Counted from the stretch's first letter, positions 1 through 9,082 are shown. The stretch is 19,382 nt of DNA from Promethearchaeota archaeon (GCA_004524535.1 SDNY01000068.1:1-19382); one strand, 5' to 3'. Notes: generated by a model not told the origin, from the letters alone. Numbers and translations: made by a program.

Positions 1-2
1 AT

Positions 3-371
3 CAAAAAGTTCAGCATATTGTTAGTAAAGTGAGAAGTAAGACACCGCTTGATGGATATCAAGTTTTAAAAAGCATATTCCCAGCAGGTACTCTTTCAGG
101 AGCCCCTAAAAAGCGGGCCATGGAAATAATACAAGAATTAGAAACAGAATCGAGAGGTCCTTATGGTGGTGGTGTCGGCTATTTCTCATTTAATGGTGAT
201 ATGGCATTTGCTATTGCGATTAGGACACTTTTTGGGATGAATGGTACATATTTTGCTCAAGCAGGAGGCGGGATTGTCGCAGATAGCCAACCTCATGAAG
301 AGTATACGGAGACCTACAATAAATTATATAGTGTAATAAAATCGATAATAATTGCGGAGGCAAGAGAATAA
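3..371 (+). CDS. trpE: Anthranilate synthase component I, C-terminal part (5'-truncated by window edge)
   Basis: The frame is open from base 3 (QKVQHIVSKV...). Chorismate-binding motifs FPAGTLSGAPK, RGPYGGGVGY, AIAIRT, QAGGGIVADS and EEYTETYNK are present. The stop overlaps the trpG start (TAATG at 369-373). The GTG at 30 used by the ORF track is internal. Confidence 0.9.
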   Translation, partial: QKVQHIVSKVRSKTPLDGYQVLKSIFPAGTLSGAPKKRAMEIIQELETESRGPYGGGVGYFSFNGDMAFAIAIRTLFGMNGTYFAQAGGGIVADSQPHEEYTETYNKLYSVIKSIIIAEARE

Positions 372-964
372 TGAGAATCCTATTTATCAACAACTATGAT
401 AGTTTTGTTTATAATTTGGTCAATTATATCTGTCAATTACAACCAGACGCTGAAATCATTGTTGAAGACAATAATATTGCAGTGGATAAAGTAAAAGAGA
501 TGAAAGTTGATAAAATAATAATCTCACCCGGACCTGGACATCCTAAATACGACACGGGTACAGTAATACCACTCATCAAGGAATTCTGCTCTAAAATACC
601 AATTCTAGGAATTTGCTTGGGGCATCAAGCTATAATTGAAGCATTCGGCGAAGATAAAAATATTGAATATGTAGGTAGAGCTAAAGTAGGTCCTATGCAC
701 GGTAAGGAATCTAAAGTCTTTCACGACCAAGAAACAATTCTTAAGGATGTCCCTAATCCACTTCAAGTAATTAGATATCACTCACTCTCCGCAAAATCCG
801 ATATTTTGCCCCAAGACCTTAAAATCAGTGCGACTGCGGATGATGGCACAATCATGGGTGTCCGACATAAGCAATTTCCTGTCGAAGGTCTCCAATTCCA
901 TCCCGAGTCGATAAAAATGAAGCCACATGGAATGAAAATTTTAAAAAACTTTTTAGAACTATAA
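371..964 (+). CDS. trpG: Anthranilate synthase component II (class I glutamine amidotransferase), intact
   Basis: Motifs NYDSF, SPGPG, GICLGHQ (catalytic Cys82), RYHSL and QFHPES (His177/Glu179). Translationally coupled to trpE. Confidence 0.92.
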   Translation: MRILFINNYDSFVYNLVNYICQLQPDAEIIVEDNNIAVDKVKEMKVDKIIISPGPGHPKYDTGTVIPLIKEFCSKIPILGICLGHQAIIEAFGEDKNIEYVGRAKVGPMHGKESKVFHDQETILKDVPNPLQVIRYHSLSAKSDILPQDLKISATADDGTIMGVRHKQFPVEGLQFHPESIKMKPHGMKILKNFLEL

Positions 965-972
965 AATAGAAA

Positions 973-1338
973 TCAAATATCGGTGTTAAAAACCCTGTAT
1001 ATTTCTTTCAATAGTGTTTCTTCTTTAACTGGTTTTGTTAAGAATGATTTGGCTCCATTAGCTAACGCTTTTTCTTTTATAGTTAAATCACCAGAAACAA
1101 ATATAATTTTTGCATATTTATCGCATTCTAAAATTTCTTTCATTATTTCAAGACCATTTTTACCTGGCATTCGATGATCTAATAGGATAATATCAGGTTT
1201 TTGCTTAAAGCATTTAAATTTGTTTATAGCTTCTTCTCCGTTAGTGGAAACATCTAGTACTTCTATATTATTAAAATCCATCATTATTTTATAGCCAAAT
1301 ACTAGATCTTGATTATCCTCGATTATGAATATCTTCAT
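973..1338 (-). CDS. Single-domain response regulator (CheY-like receiver)
   Basis: IIEDN acidic pocket, LLDHRMP phosphoacceptor, FVSG and KPV motifs. 121 aa, directly downstream of the kinase. Confidence 0.9.
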   Translation of the reverse strand: MKIFIIEDNQDLVFGYKIMMDFNNIEVLDVSTNGEEAINKFKCFKQKPDIILLDHRMPGKNGLEIMKEILECDKYAKIIFVSGDLTIKEKALANGAKSFLTKPVKEETLLKEIYRVFNTDI

Positions 1339-1342
1339 TATG

Positions 1343-4300
1343 CTATTCTTCTTCTCTTAATAACACTATTACATTTAATCCTTTAGAAAAATCGTTTTTA
1401 ATTCGATCTTTAATAAAAATCTTTCCATTTATACTTTCAATTATTTTTTTTACAATATATAATCCCATTCCCAAACCTTCTTCACTTAATTTTATTTTCC
1501 TTTCAAAAATTAATTTCTTTAAATCATCTGGTATTCCTGGACCATTATCAACTAACTCAATTTTAATATATTTTACGTTCTGAATTTCCTCCTTGGAGAC
1601 TCTAATATCAAGTTGAATGGATTCTTGATCAGTATGTTTGATTGAATTAATAAGAATATTTTCAATCGCATTATATATTAAATCATTAGCATATCCCTCC
1701 AACACTTGATTATTATAATCAATATTAAAATCGATTTTCTTATGAGGAAATGAATTTCTTATAGATTCAATACTCTTATTAATTAAATTGGATACGAGGT
1801 AAGGATAAATTTTACCTTCGATTTGATCAATTTGGGATAGTAATATAATGTTTTTTACTAAATTTTGTCCTTTTTTAAGTTGATTTAAAATAATATCATT
1901 CAATTCTATTAATTCATCATACCTTTCAGGATTTTTTGGTATTCTTTTAAGAAGTTCACTAGAAGTTAGTATAACTTGTAGAATATTATTTATATCATGA
2001 ACAAAAATATCTTGATAAAGTTCAGCCTTGTTATAGGCATTTCTATACATCTCTCTTGATTTGATTAATTTATCATTAGCTAATTTTTTTTCTGTTATAT
2101 CTTCAATGGATATTAGTATCATTGAACCTTCTTTTCTTATTAATTCTTTAGCATTCAAAAGTATAGTTCTTTGACCAATCTTTTCAAAATTATGAGTTAC
2201 TTCAAAATCAGTAATAATTGAGTGAGTTTTAATAATTTTATCAAATAGTTCACGTAAGTTGGGGATGGACCATTGTCTATTTCCTAAATCATAAACATAA
2301 TTATTTTCTGTTTCTTTTTTATCAACTTGAAATAACTGACAAAATGCTGAATTCACTTTAATCACCTTTAACTCGTTATCTAACACTAGTAATGGAGTTC
2401 TGGTAGTCTCCACGATATTTTCAGCAAATTGCATAGTTTCTAACTTTTCTTCCTCTGCTTTCATTCTATCAGTAATATTAAAAAATGTAAGAACTACTCC
2501 ACTAATAACGTTGTTAATCGTTCTATATGGAATTATACGCATGTTATACCATTGGTCCTCTTTTGTTCGAAGATCTTTTTCTATTGTAATTAATTTCTTA
2601 AGAACTGTTTCAGCATCTTGAATTAAATAATCATATTGGAGATTTGATGAAATATGTTCTATAGGGCGTCCAATATCAGTTTCTATGATGTTAAATATTT
2701 CTTTTATATTTGGAGAAAAACGTTGGATTATAAAATTTTCGTCTAGGAAGAGAGTAGCAATCTCGGTACTTGAAATGAAATTGGATAAATCTGAATTTAC
2801 TTCAGACAATTCCGTTATTTTAATTTCAAGCTCTGAATTAACTGTAGTTAATTCCTCGTTTAAAGACTGAAGTTCTTCTTTAGAGGTCTGTAACTCTTCG
2901 TTTGTACTCTGTAATTCTTCATTAGATGATTGCAATTCTTCATTTGCGGATTTTAATTCTTCATTAGTTGTCTCAAGTTCTTCAATCGTGGTTTGAAGGT
3001 ATTGTTTCGTCGAGAGCAATTCATCTTCTAATTCTTTAATTCTGGCATCTTTATTCGTTTCATTTGAATCATTTACAACCGTTCCTTCTTCAGTTGTTAA
3101 ATCGGGAGTTACTTCTATAAATGATATTACGATTAAACCTTTTAACGAGGTGGGTTGAGTAATTGGCGATAAGGTTAAATTAAATCTAATAATTTTTCTA
3201 TTCAAATTAATTGATAAATTCTCTAATATTATTGGAATCTCAGATTTAGTTGCTTTTCTTAAACCTGAAACTAAGTGTACTTTTAAATTTTCCTTTGACA
3301 TATCAGATATGTTCATTTTTGCCTCTCCCTCTGGTAATTCAAGATAAGAGCCGACTTTTCCATGGATATATAAGATATCTCCTTTTTCATTTACAATTAT
3401 TGAAGGGGGAGTGTATGTCTTTAGTAAGAACTCCTCCATCAGAGCCCCATAATTCGTTATAGCCGCATTTTTAAGAGAGTTTTGTCTTTCAGTTTTAAAT
3501 TTATAGTCAGTTAAAGGGGGAAATGGTCTTGGTATGCCTAAAAGTAAAGGAGCAATTTTATTGCGTTGATAAATTTTCCACCTTCTGTTAATTTCAAGGA
3601 ATAATTGAGGAGAACTACTCACTGTTTCTGAACTCCCTAAAAACAAAAAACCATCCGAATTAAGAGAATAATGGAATAATGTTAACAATTTTTTTTGGAT
3701 ATCTGCGTTAAGATAAATCAATAGATTTCTACAAACAATTAAATCTACGTTAGAAAAAGGAGGATCTGTAATTATATCTTGCGCAGCAAAAACTATTTTT
3801 TCTCTTATGATTGGTTTTATTTTAAATTTATTTCCTTCTAATCTAAAAAATTTACTTAGACGTTCAGATGAGACATCAACAGCAATATTATCTGGATATA
3901 TACCATTGCGTGCCTTTTCTATTGCTGTATCATCGATATCAGTCGCAAAAATTTGTATTTTACAATTGATATGACTCCTGTCCAAGTATTCTTGAAATAA
4001 AATTGCTATTGAATATGGTTCCTCTCCTGTGGAGCATCCAGGAATCCAAATCCTAATTGTTTTATTTGGGGTACAATCCTTAAAAAGTTCGGGAATAACT
4101 TTTGTTCGTAAAATATCATATGCCTCTTTATCCCGAAAAAAATTTGTTACGCCAATTAATAATTCTTTAAAGAGTATCTCAATTTCGATTAGATTATCAC
4201 GAAGATAATTAGCATATTCATGAATGCTATTCATATGATTAATAACCATTCTTCTCTCTATACGTCTGTTCATGGTATTTTCTTTATAACAAGAAAAATC

Positions 4301-4969
4301 ATGATTCATAGTACTATTCAATATTTGAAATATTTTAGAAACAGAATCTTGAACTTCTATATCTTTATTATCATCTTTTTCTTTCAAAAAATTTAATTCA
4401 TGTTGAATATATTTTATCAAAACCTCGGGGATCTCATTAGCTGGAAATACATAATCCACAACAGCATTATTTATAACGCTTTTTGGCATACCATCATATT
4501 TCGCTGATTTTGGATCTTGAGCTATAGCTATTCCTCCGAAACCTTTAATCTCTCTAATACCAAGAGTACCATCTGTCCCAGTTCCCGAAAGAACAATTCC
4601 AATTGCCTTATCTTTTTTTTCTAAAGCTAATGATCTAAAAAAGAAGTCAATTGGTAATCTTAATCCCCTAGGGGCACTAGGTTTTTTAAGATGGAAAACT
4701 CCATCTATTATTTCCATATTAAAATTGGGAGGAATAATATAGGCTTGGTTAGGTAATATCCTCATTCCTTCACTAACTTCTTGAACATTCATGCGTGTAT
4801 ATCGCTTTATCAATTCAGCTAAAGAACTTTTATGATGTGGATCTAAATGGGGTATTAAAACAAATGCCATACCTGTATCTGAGGGCATATTTGAGAAAAA
4901 ATGCTCAAAAGCTTCTAGTCCTCCTGCTGAAGCTCCTATTCCTATAATGGGGAAATCAATTTCTGTCAA
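1343..4969 (-). CDS. CheB methylesterase-CheR methyltransferase-coiled coil-PAS-histidine kinase fusion
   Basis: CheB motifs: GASAGG, IPHLDP, LSGTGTDG. CheR motifs: GVTNFFRD, GCSTGEEPYS, ATDID, CRNLLIY. EELxxxN heptads followed by PAS-like segments. HisKA HDINNILQ; HATPase ENILINSIKH, DNGPGIP, GLGMGL. The TTG start is preceded closely by an in-frame stop, so the exact start is slightly uncertain. Confidence 0.9.
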   Translation of the reverse strand: MTEIDFPIIGIGASAGGLEAFEHFFSNMPSDTGMAFVLIPHLDPHHKSSLAELIKRYTRMNVQEVSEGMRILPNQAYIIPPNFNMEIIDGVFHLKKPSAPRGLRLPIDFFFRSLALEKKDKAIGIVLSGTGTDGTLGIREIKGFGGIAIAQDPKSAKYDGMPKSVINNAVVDYVFPANEIPEVLIKYIQHELNFLKEKDDNKDIEVQDSVSKIFQILNSTMNHDFSCYKENTMNRRIERRMVINHMNSIHEYANYLRDNLIEIEILFKELLIGVTNFFRDKEAYDILRTKVIPELFKDCTPNKTIRIWIPGCSTGEEPYSIAILFQEYLDRSHINCKIQIFATDIDDTAIEKARNGIYPDNIAVDVSSERLSKFFRLEGNKFKIKPIIREKIVFAAQDIITDPPFSNVDLIVCRNLLIYLNADIQKKLLTLFHYSLNSDGFLFLGSSETVSSSPQLFLEINRRWKIYQRNKIAPLLLGIPRPFPPLTDYKFKTERQNSLKNAAITNYGALMEEFLLKTYTPPSIIVNEKGDILYIHGKVGSYLELPEGEAKMNISDMSKENLKVHLVSGLRKATKSEIPIILENLSINLNRKIIRFNLTLSPITQPTSLKGLIVISFIEVTPDLTTEEGTVVNDSNETNKDARIKELEDELLSTKQYLQTTIEELETTNEELKSANEELQSSNEELQSTNEELQTSKEELQSLNEELTTVNSELEIKITELSEVNSDLSNFISSTEIATLFLDENFIIQRFSPNIKEIFNIIETDIGRPIEHISSNLQYDYLIQDAETVLKKLITIEKDLRTKEDQWYNMRIIPYRTINNVISGVVLTFFNITDRMKAEEEKLETMQFAENIVETTRTPLLVLDNELKVIKVNSAFCQLFQVDKKETENNYVYDLGNRQWSIPNLRELFDKIIKTHSIITDFEVTHNFEKIGQRTILLNAKELIRKEGSMILISIEDITEKKLANDKLIKSREMYRNAYNKAELYQDIFVHDINNILQVILTSSELLKRIPKNPERYDELIELNDIILNQLKKGQNLVKNIILLSQIDQIEGKIYPYLVSNLINKSIESIRNSFPHKKIDFNIDYNNQVLEGYANDLIYNAIENILINSIKHTDQESIQLDIRVSKEEIQNVKYIKIELVDNGPGIPDDLKKLIFERKIKLSEEGLGMGLYIVKKIIESINGKIFIKDRIKNDFSKGLNVIVLLREEE
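2828..2983 (-). repeat. Coding 21-bp/7-aa heptad repeat (coiled coil) inside the CheBR kinase
   Basis: EELETTN-EELKSAN-EELQSSN-EELQSTN-EELQTSK-EELQSLN-EELTTVN-SEL, typical of CheB/CheR fusion proteins. Confidence 0.85.
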
Positions 4970-5195
4970 GGTATCTTCTATGATGATTCAATCACTTTTA
5001 AAGATAGTGATATTTTATGAATTATATTATAACCCTCTAGTTATCTTAGTTATATATTTGTTATTACAATAAATTATAATCTTTAAACATCACTAAATTG
5101 AGCATGTTTCGTGAGCATGTAACTGATAAGTATATGCATCATAAAATATTGGTTTTGTTAGAGGTTATGAAGATAATAATATATTTTATATGCTT

Positions 5196-5581
5196 AGGAA
5201 TTTTATTCAAAAATACCAATATTTGGAATTAGTTTAGGTCATTAAGCAATTGCCGAAACCTTTGGCGAAGATGAGATTATGGAATACGTGGGCAGAGCTA
5301 AAGTAGGTCCAATGCACGGCAAGGAATCTAAAGTCTTTCACGACCATGAAACGATTCTTAAAGGCGTCCCTAATCCCCTACAAGTAATTAGATATCATTC
5401 ACTCTCCGCAAAATCTGATATTCTACCACAAGACCTTAAAATCAGTGCTACTGCAGATGATGGGACGATCATGGGGGTTCGGCATAAAGAATATCTAGTA
5501 GAAGGATTACAATTTCACCCCGAATCCATCAGAATGAAGCCACATGGAATGCAGATATTAAAGAATTTCTTGAGTTTATAA
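5196..5581 (+). pseudogene. trpG: trpG 3' duplicate, long copy (codons ~70-197); cassette-bounding direct repeat R1
   Basis: Colinear without indels with 579-964. The catalytic Cys codon is AGT (Ser, 5231-5233) and there is an in-frame TAA at 5243-5245. The rest matches trpG to the stop codon. Confidence 0.92.
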
Positions 5582-5620
5582 AGTTAGTAAAACAAAAGAT
5601 TTTTGATTATTCTATAGAGT

Positions 5621-6022
5621 TTACATTTCAAGAGAAATATTTGGGAAATTATCCTCTCGATATCCTGTATCAGGCCAAACATCTACGTTATCATCAAAAT
5701 ATCGAGGAACTAAATGCAAATGAAAATGAAAGACGGATTGTTGAGCCACTTCTCCACTTGCATGGAGAATATTCACTCCGTCAGCATTGAATCTTGATTT
5801 CAATTTTTGAGAGATAAACTTAGTAGTTTTTACTATGTTAAATAATTCATTTTCAGGGATATCATAGATGTTCTCATAATGCTTTTTTGGAGCGATAATT
5901 AAATGTCTTTTTGATATAATCGTATTTGGATTAGGAGCAAAGGCAATAGTATGTTTATTTTCAAATACTTTTAGACTTTTCTCTGATCCATTAATAATCT
6001 TACAAAATATACAATCCTTCAT
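5621..6022 (-). CDS. HIT (histidine triad) family nucleotide hydrolase
   Basis: N-terminal DCIFCKII zinc motif, AQQSVFHFHLHLVPR with the HxHxH triad. Confidence 0.92.
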   Translation of the reverse strand: MKDCIFCKIINGSEKSLKVFENKHTIAFAPNPNTIISKRHLIIAPKKHYENIYDIPENELFNIVKTTKFISQKLKSRFNADGVNILHASGEVAQQSVFHFHLHLVPRYFDDNVDVWPDTGYREDNFPNISLEM

Positions 6023-6118
6023 ACTGAGATTCTCTTTTTATATTCTTAATAAATAAATCTTAATCTTGGTAAATAAATATTTAAGGTTAAATAACTAGTT
6101 TTATAATAGTGACTGATT

Positions 6119-6337
6119 ATGAGTAAAATTACTAAGAAGGAATTACACGATCTTATTGAAAGAATGCCAAACAATTTTACTTTAGAGGATTTGCAGTATC
6201 GTCTGTTTGTTCTTCAAAAATTAGAAAGAGCTGAAAACCAATTTAAGCAAGGTTGTAAAACTACTAATCTCGATGAGATGAGAGAATTAGTAAAAAGTTG
6301 GCGTAGCGAGAAAGAGCAAAATATGGAAACTTACTAA
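6119..6337 (+). CDS. Putative antitoxin of a RelE/ParE pair
   Basis: Small gene upstream of the toxin. K..L..LI..MP..FTLEDLQY.L pattern shared with 7893-8078, 9211-9411 and 19287-19382. Confidence 0.75.
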   Translation: MSKITKKELHDLIERMPNNFTLEDLQYRLFVLQKLERAENQFKQGCKTTNLDEMRELVKSWRSEKEQNMETY

Positions 6338-6355
6338 TATAAATTTTCTTGGAAA

Positions 6356-6640
6356 ATGGTTGATATCAAATTCCATCCTATCGCAAGAGAAGATATTAAA
6401 GAACTATATGACTACTTCTCACGTTATTCTTTAGAATATGCTGATTCTTTTGTCAATAGTCTCTATAATCGTATTGAGGACTTAAAGAGATTCCCAGAAT
6501 TAGGAAAGAAATATCCAGAAAATGAGGATTACCGCCAATTAATCTACCAGAATTATAGAATCCTCTATAAGTATAATAAAGAAGAGGAAAAAGTCATCGT
6601 AATGATTGTCGTGCACTGTTCAAGACAATTGAGAATCTAA
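6356..6640 (+). CDS. Type II toxin, RelE/ParE family
   Basis: 94 aa: MV.I.F...A..D...I..Y, L..FPELG, YRQLIYQNYRILY, VH.SR. Confidence 0.85.
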   Translation: MVDIKFHPIAREDIKELYDYFSRYSLEYADSFVNSLYNRIEDLKRFPELGKKYPENEDYRQLIYQNYRILYKYNKEEEKVIVMIVVHCSRQLRI

Positions 6641-6643
6641 TCT

Positions 6644-6708
6644 ATCCCGAATCCATAAAAATGAAACCCTATGGGATGCAAATTTTAAAAAATTTTTTAG
6701 AACTCTAA
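6644..6708 (+). repeat. trpG 3'-end direct repeat R2 (short)
   Basis: ATCCCGAATCCATAAAAATGAAACCCTATGGGATGCAAATTTTAAAAAATTTTTTAGAACTCTAA translates to PESIKMKPYGMQILKNFLEL* and matches 900-964. Confidence 0.92.
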
Positions 6709-6861
6709 GTTCACAGTCATTAATTAATTGAAAGTCAATAAATATATATGATTAAATAACTATTCTCTTATTAGTAATTGAGTATGAGTAATATTTTCAA
6801 GCAATGATTACACATTCTCATTAAAATAATAAAAAATGATTATACATAGGAGTAAAAATTT

Positions 6862-7104
6862 ATGATCGATATTGATAAATTAATTGCTATCAATCCAGAA
6901 GTATGTTTTGGCAAACCTCATATTAAAGGGACCCGAATTAAGGTAAGTTTTATTTTAGAATTGGTCTCTTCTGGCTGGACTATTGAACAGATTCTACAAG
7001 AATATGATCATTTATCTCGGGATCAAGTAATTGCTTGTTTAATTTATGCTGGACATATTGTAGACAAATATAATGGAAAAATGGAAATCACTAATGAAGT
7101 GTAA
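6862..7104 (+). CDS. DUF433-family antitoxin (VapB45-like)
   Basis: I.INPEVCFGKPHIKGTRIKV..IL....G.TIEQILQEY..L....V.ACL.YA is the DUF433 signature. AGGAG upstream. Confidence 0.88.
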   Translation: MIDIDKLIAINPEVCFGKPHIKGTRIKVSFILELVSSGWTIEQILQEYDHLSRDQVIACLIYAGHIVDKYNGKMEITNEV

Positions 7105-7450
7105 ATTCTTTTGTGATGAGAATATTACAAAGAAATTGCATAATACCATAAAAAACTACGGGTTTCAAGTCGATTCAGTAAGAAATCGAAAAATTTTTGG
7201 GATTAGGAATGGAGATCTTATTGCACTTCTTAACTCTGAGAATTTTATTTTAATAACCTTTGATAAGGATTTTTTAGAACAGAAGTATACAGTAAGACAA
7301 GGCATCATTATTATAGACGTCAATCCAAATCGGGACGAATTTACGATTCCTCTATTTGAAAGATTCTTAGATTTGCTTAAAAAAGATAAAATAGATTGTA
7401 CAAATAAAAAAATTGTGTTAAACCAAGAGTTCTTATCAAATTTCGATTGA
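7094..7450 (+). CDS. DUF5615/Mut7-C-like PIN-domain toxin (VapC45-like)
   Basis: KFFCDENI N-terminal motif, ILITFDKDF, GIIII. Start placed at ATG 7094, overlapping the DUF433 end. Confidence 0.8.
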   Translation: MKCKFFCDENITKKLHNTIKNYGFQVDSVRNRKIFGIRNGDLIALLNSENFILITFDKDFLEQKYTVRQGIIIIDVNPNRDEFTIPLFERFLDLLKKDKIDCTNKKIVLNQEFLSNFD

Positions 7451-7497
7451 TTAAAAAAAAATATAATTTTAGAATATATTTATCATATTTTTTTATA

Positions 7498-7574
7498 GTC
7501 TTCAATTTCACCCCGAATCCATCAAAATGAAGCCCTATGGGATGCAAATTTTAAAAAATTTTTTGGAATTAAAA
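7498..7574 (+). repeat. trpG 3'-end direct repeat R3 (short)
   Basis: Translates to LQFHPESIKMKPYGMQILKNFLEL and matches 888-964. The stop position reads AAA, with TAA two codons later. Confidence 0.92.
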
Positions 7575-7620
7575 ATTAAAAGATAGATTTTTAAAATGTA
7601 ATTAAAAAGATTTTATACAA

Positions 7621-7905
7621 TTATATCCTCAAAAGGCGACTTCCATGGATTATTCTAGCAATTTCTAATATTTCCTCTTTCAAACGATATATTATCCTGA
7701 AATTTCGATAGATTATTTCTCTTATCTCTTCAATTTCTAATTCAGGAACAATTCTACCCATTTTGGGAAATTGGTTTAAGTTTTCAATAATATAAATAAT
7801 TTTCTTGGCAAGGGTTTGAGCAAATTTTGGTGCAGTTTTTTCATAATATTTGATTATTGAGTCATAATCGTCAGCAGCTTTAGGAGACCATCTTATTTCA
7901 ACCAT
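7621..7905 (-). CDS. Type II toxin, RelE/ParE family
   Basis: 94 aa: MVEIRWSPKAADD, L.QFPKMGR.VPE, REIIYRNFRIIY, IIHGSR. Confidence 0.88.
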   Translation of the reverse strand: MVEIRWSPKAADDYDSIIKYYEKTAPKFAQTLAKKIIYIIENLNQFPKMGRIVPELEIEEIREIIYRNFRIIYRLKEEILEIARIIHGSRLLRI

Positions 7906-8078
7906 TCTTTAAACCTTTCTTTAATATCTTCATGAGATATATACTCTCCCTTGTCCAACTGCTCGATACCTTCCGAAATCATTTGCTGAACATAAATTGA
8001 TTCCATGATGTCATCATAATTAACATCATCAGGAAGCTTTTTAATTGATTCTATAACGCGGTCTTTTATTGTTTGCAT
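7893..8078 (-). CDS. Putative antitoxin of a RelE/ParE pair
   Basis: MQTIKDRVIESIKKLPDD..YDDIM..IY...I.EG..Q...G..ISHE...WLK. Overlaps the toxin start by 13 bp. ATG at 8078 preferred by similarity to the gene at 19287 (MQTIKERL). Confidence 0.8.
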   Translation of the reverse strand: MQTIKDRVIESIKKLPDDVNYDDIMESIYVQQMISEGIEQLDKGEYISHEDIKERFKEWLK

Positions 8079-8176
8079 AGTCTTCAATATTATTAATGAC
8101 TTTCTAATTTAAATTTTTAATCTTAAGAATATTCAAAAATCAATTAATTGTTTTTTCTTAGGGTCTATCTTATAGA

Positions 8177-8242
8177 CAAGCCCTTAAAACCAGCTTATCT
8201 GCTGATGATGGCACAATCATGGGGATTAGGCATAAAGAATAT
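8177..8242 (+). repeat. Internal trpG fragment R4 (codons 148-169), lacking the 3' terminus
   Basis: Translates to QALKTSLSADDGTIMGIRHKEY versus trpG QDLKISATADDGTIMGVRHKQF (812-877). GATGATGGCACAATCATGGG is identical. Confidence 0.85.
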
Positions 8243-8278
8243 AATCTTAAAAAATTATAGGGTGAAATAGCGGTATAA

Positions 8279-8306
8279 TTTATATACTTATTATACTATA
8301 TATACT
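8279..8306 (+). promoter_or_regulatory. Archaeal-type TATA box (TTTATATA) overlapped by three TATACT direct repeats; candidate autoregulated promoter
   Basis: TTTATATA at 8279-8286, 30 bp before ATG 8309. TATACT at 8283, 8292 and 8301 (9-bp period). Confidence 0.55.
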
Positions 8307-8308
8307 AT

Positions 8309-8575
8309 ATGAGTAAAAATACAACCATTAAAGTTTCGAAAAATACTCTAAAGAAATTACACAAGTTAGCTGGAGAAATCGCAGCAGAAAAGGGTAGAAG
8401 GGTGACTTTAGAGGAGGCTCTTATACATTTATTAGATGAAAACGAATTGAAGAAAACGGAAATGAAATCACATAAACCTGATGAGGAAAGAAAAAAGCTC
8501 CTGTCTTTATTAGAAATGAAAATCGAAGGTGCAGGCCCTGAAGATTTTAAAGAATATGATTTTAATGATTTATAG
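8309..8575 (+). CDS. Putative VapB-type antitoxin with N-terminal ribbon-helix-helix-like domain
   Basis: TTIKVSKNTLKKL...TLEEALIHLL beta-alpha-alpha pattern, acidic tail, located upstream of a PIN gene. Confidence 0.7.
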   Translation: MSKNTTIKVSKNTLKKLHKLAGEIAAEKGRRVTLEEALIHLLDENELKKTEMKSHKPDEERKKLLSLLEMKIEGAGPEDFKEYDFNDL

Positions 8576-8587
8576 GAGAATATAACA

Positions 8588-9067
8588 ATGCAAATCTATA
8601 TTGATACAGAACTCTGGGTTTTTGCTCAAAAATCACCAGATTCTTCAAAATTTAAAGATAATGCTGAATATAAGAGGATGTTAAATTTCCATATTAAGTC
8701 TAAAGAATTCTTAAAGGAACAATTTGCTAATAACACTATTTCAATGACTACTCATCAACTATGTGAAATATATCATGCTTTAGGATTTAGAGGTCAAAAA
8801 ATGGAACCCGCTGAATTAATGGAATACTGCAATAAGCTAGCGACAAATAAAATAATTATTTGGTATACAATATCTAACGATATCATTACTCAAGCATTAA
8901 ACTTAAGTTCAAATAGTAGAATACATATTTGGGATTATGTTTGTGTTTTACCGCTATATAATGATGTAGAAATTATTTATTCATGTGATGAACATTTTAA
9001 ACATGAGACATTTCAATCATTAGGACCTAAAATTGAGAATCCTATAGGGGATTGGATTACTCTTTAA
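8588..9067 (+). CDS. PIN-domain protein (VapC-like toxin)
   Basis: IYIDTE, QLCEIYH, HIWDY and IYSCDEHF give the acidic PIN active-site pattern. Confidence 0.8.
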   Translation: MQIYIDTELWVFAQKSPDSSKFKDNAEYKRMLNFHIKSKEFLKEQFANNTISMTTHQLCEIYHALGFRGQKMEPAELMEYCNKLATNKIIIWYTISNDIITQALNLSSNSRIHIWDYVCVLPLYNDVEIIYSCDEHFKHETFQSLGPKIENPIGDWITL

Positions 9068-9082
9068 AACCAATTATAAAAT

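Noticed and set aside
5099-5120. Direct repeat TGAGCATGT x2 (5099-5107, 5112-5120) upstream of the kinase gene
   Set aside because: Could be a regulator site, but there are only two copies and no supporting context.
5279-5581. 100-aa ORF as a functional glutamine amidotransferase
   Set aside because: It lacks the N-terminal half including the catalytic Cys, and the upstream homologous region carries a stop codon. Treated as a fragment.
5136-7494. Inverted repeats just left of some junctions (5136-5149/5181-5193; 7454-7463/7485-7494) as attC-like hairpins
   Set aside because: Almost purely A/T in very AT-rich DNA, absent at the R2, R5 and R6 junctions, and without RYYYAAC/GTTRRRY ends. Likely chance.
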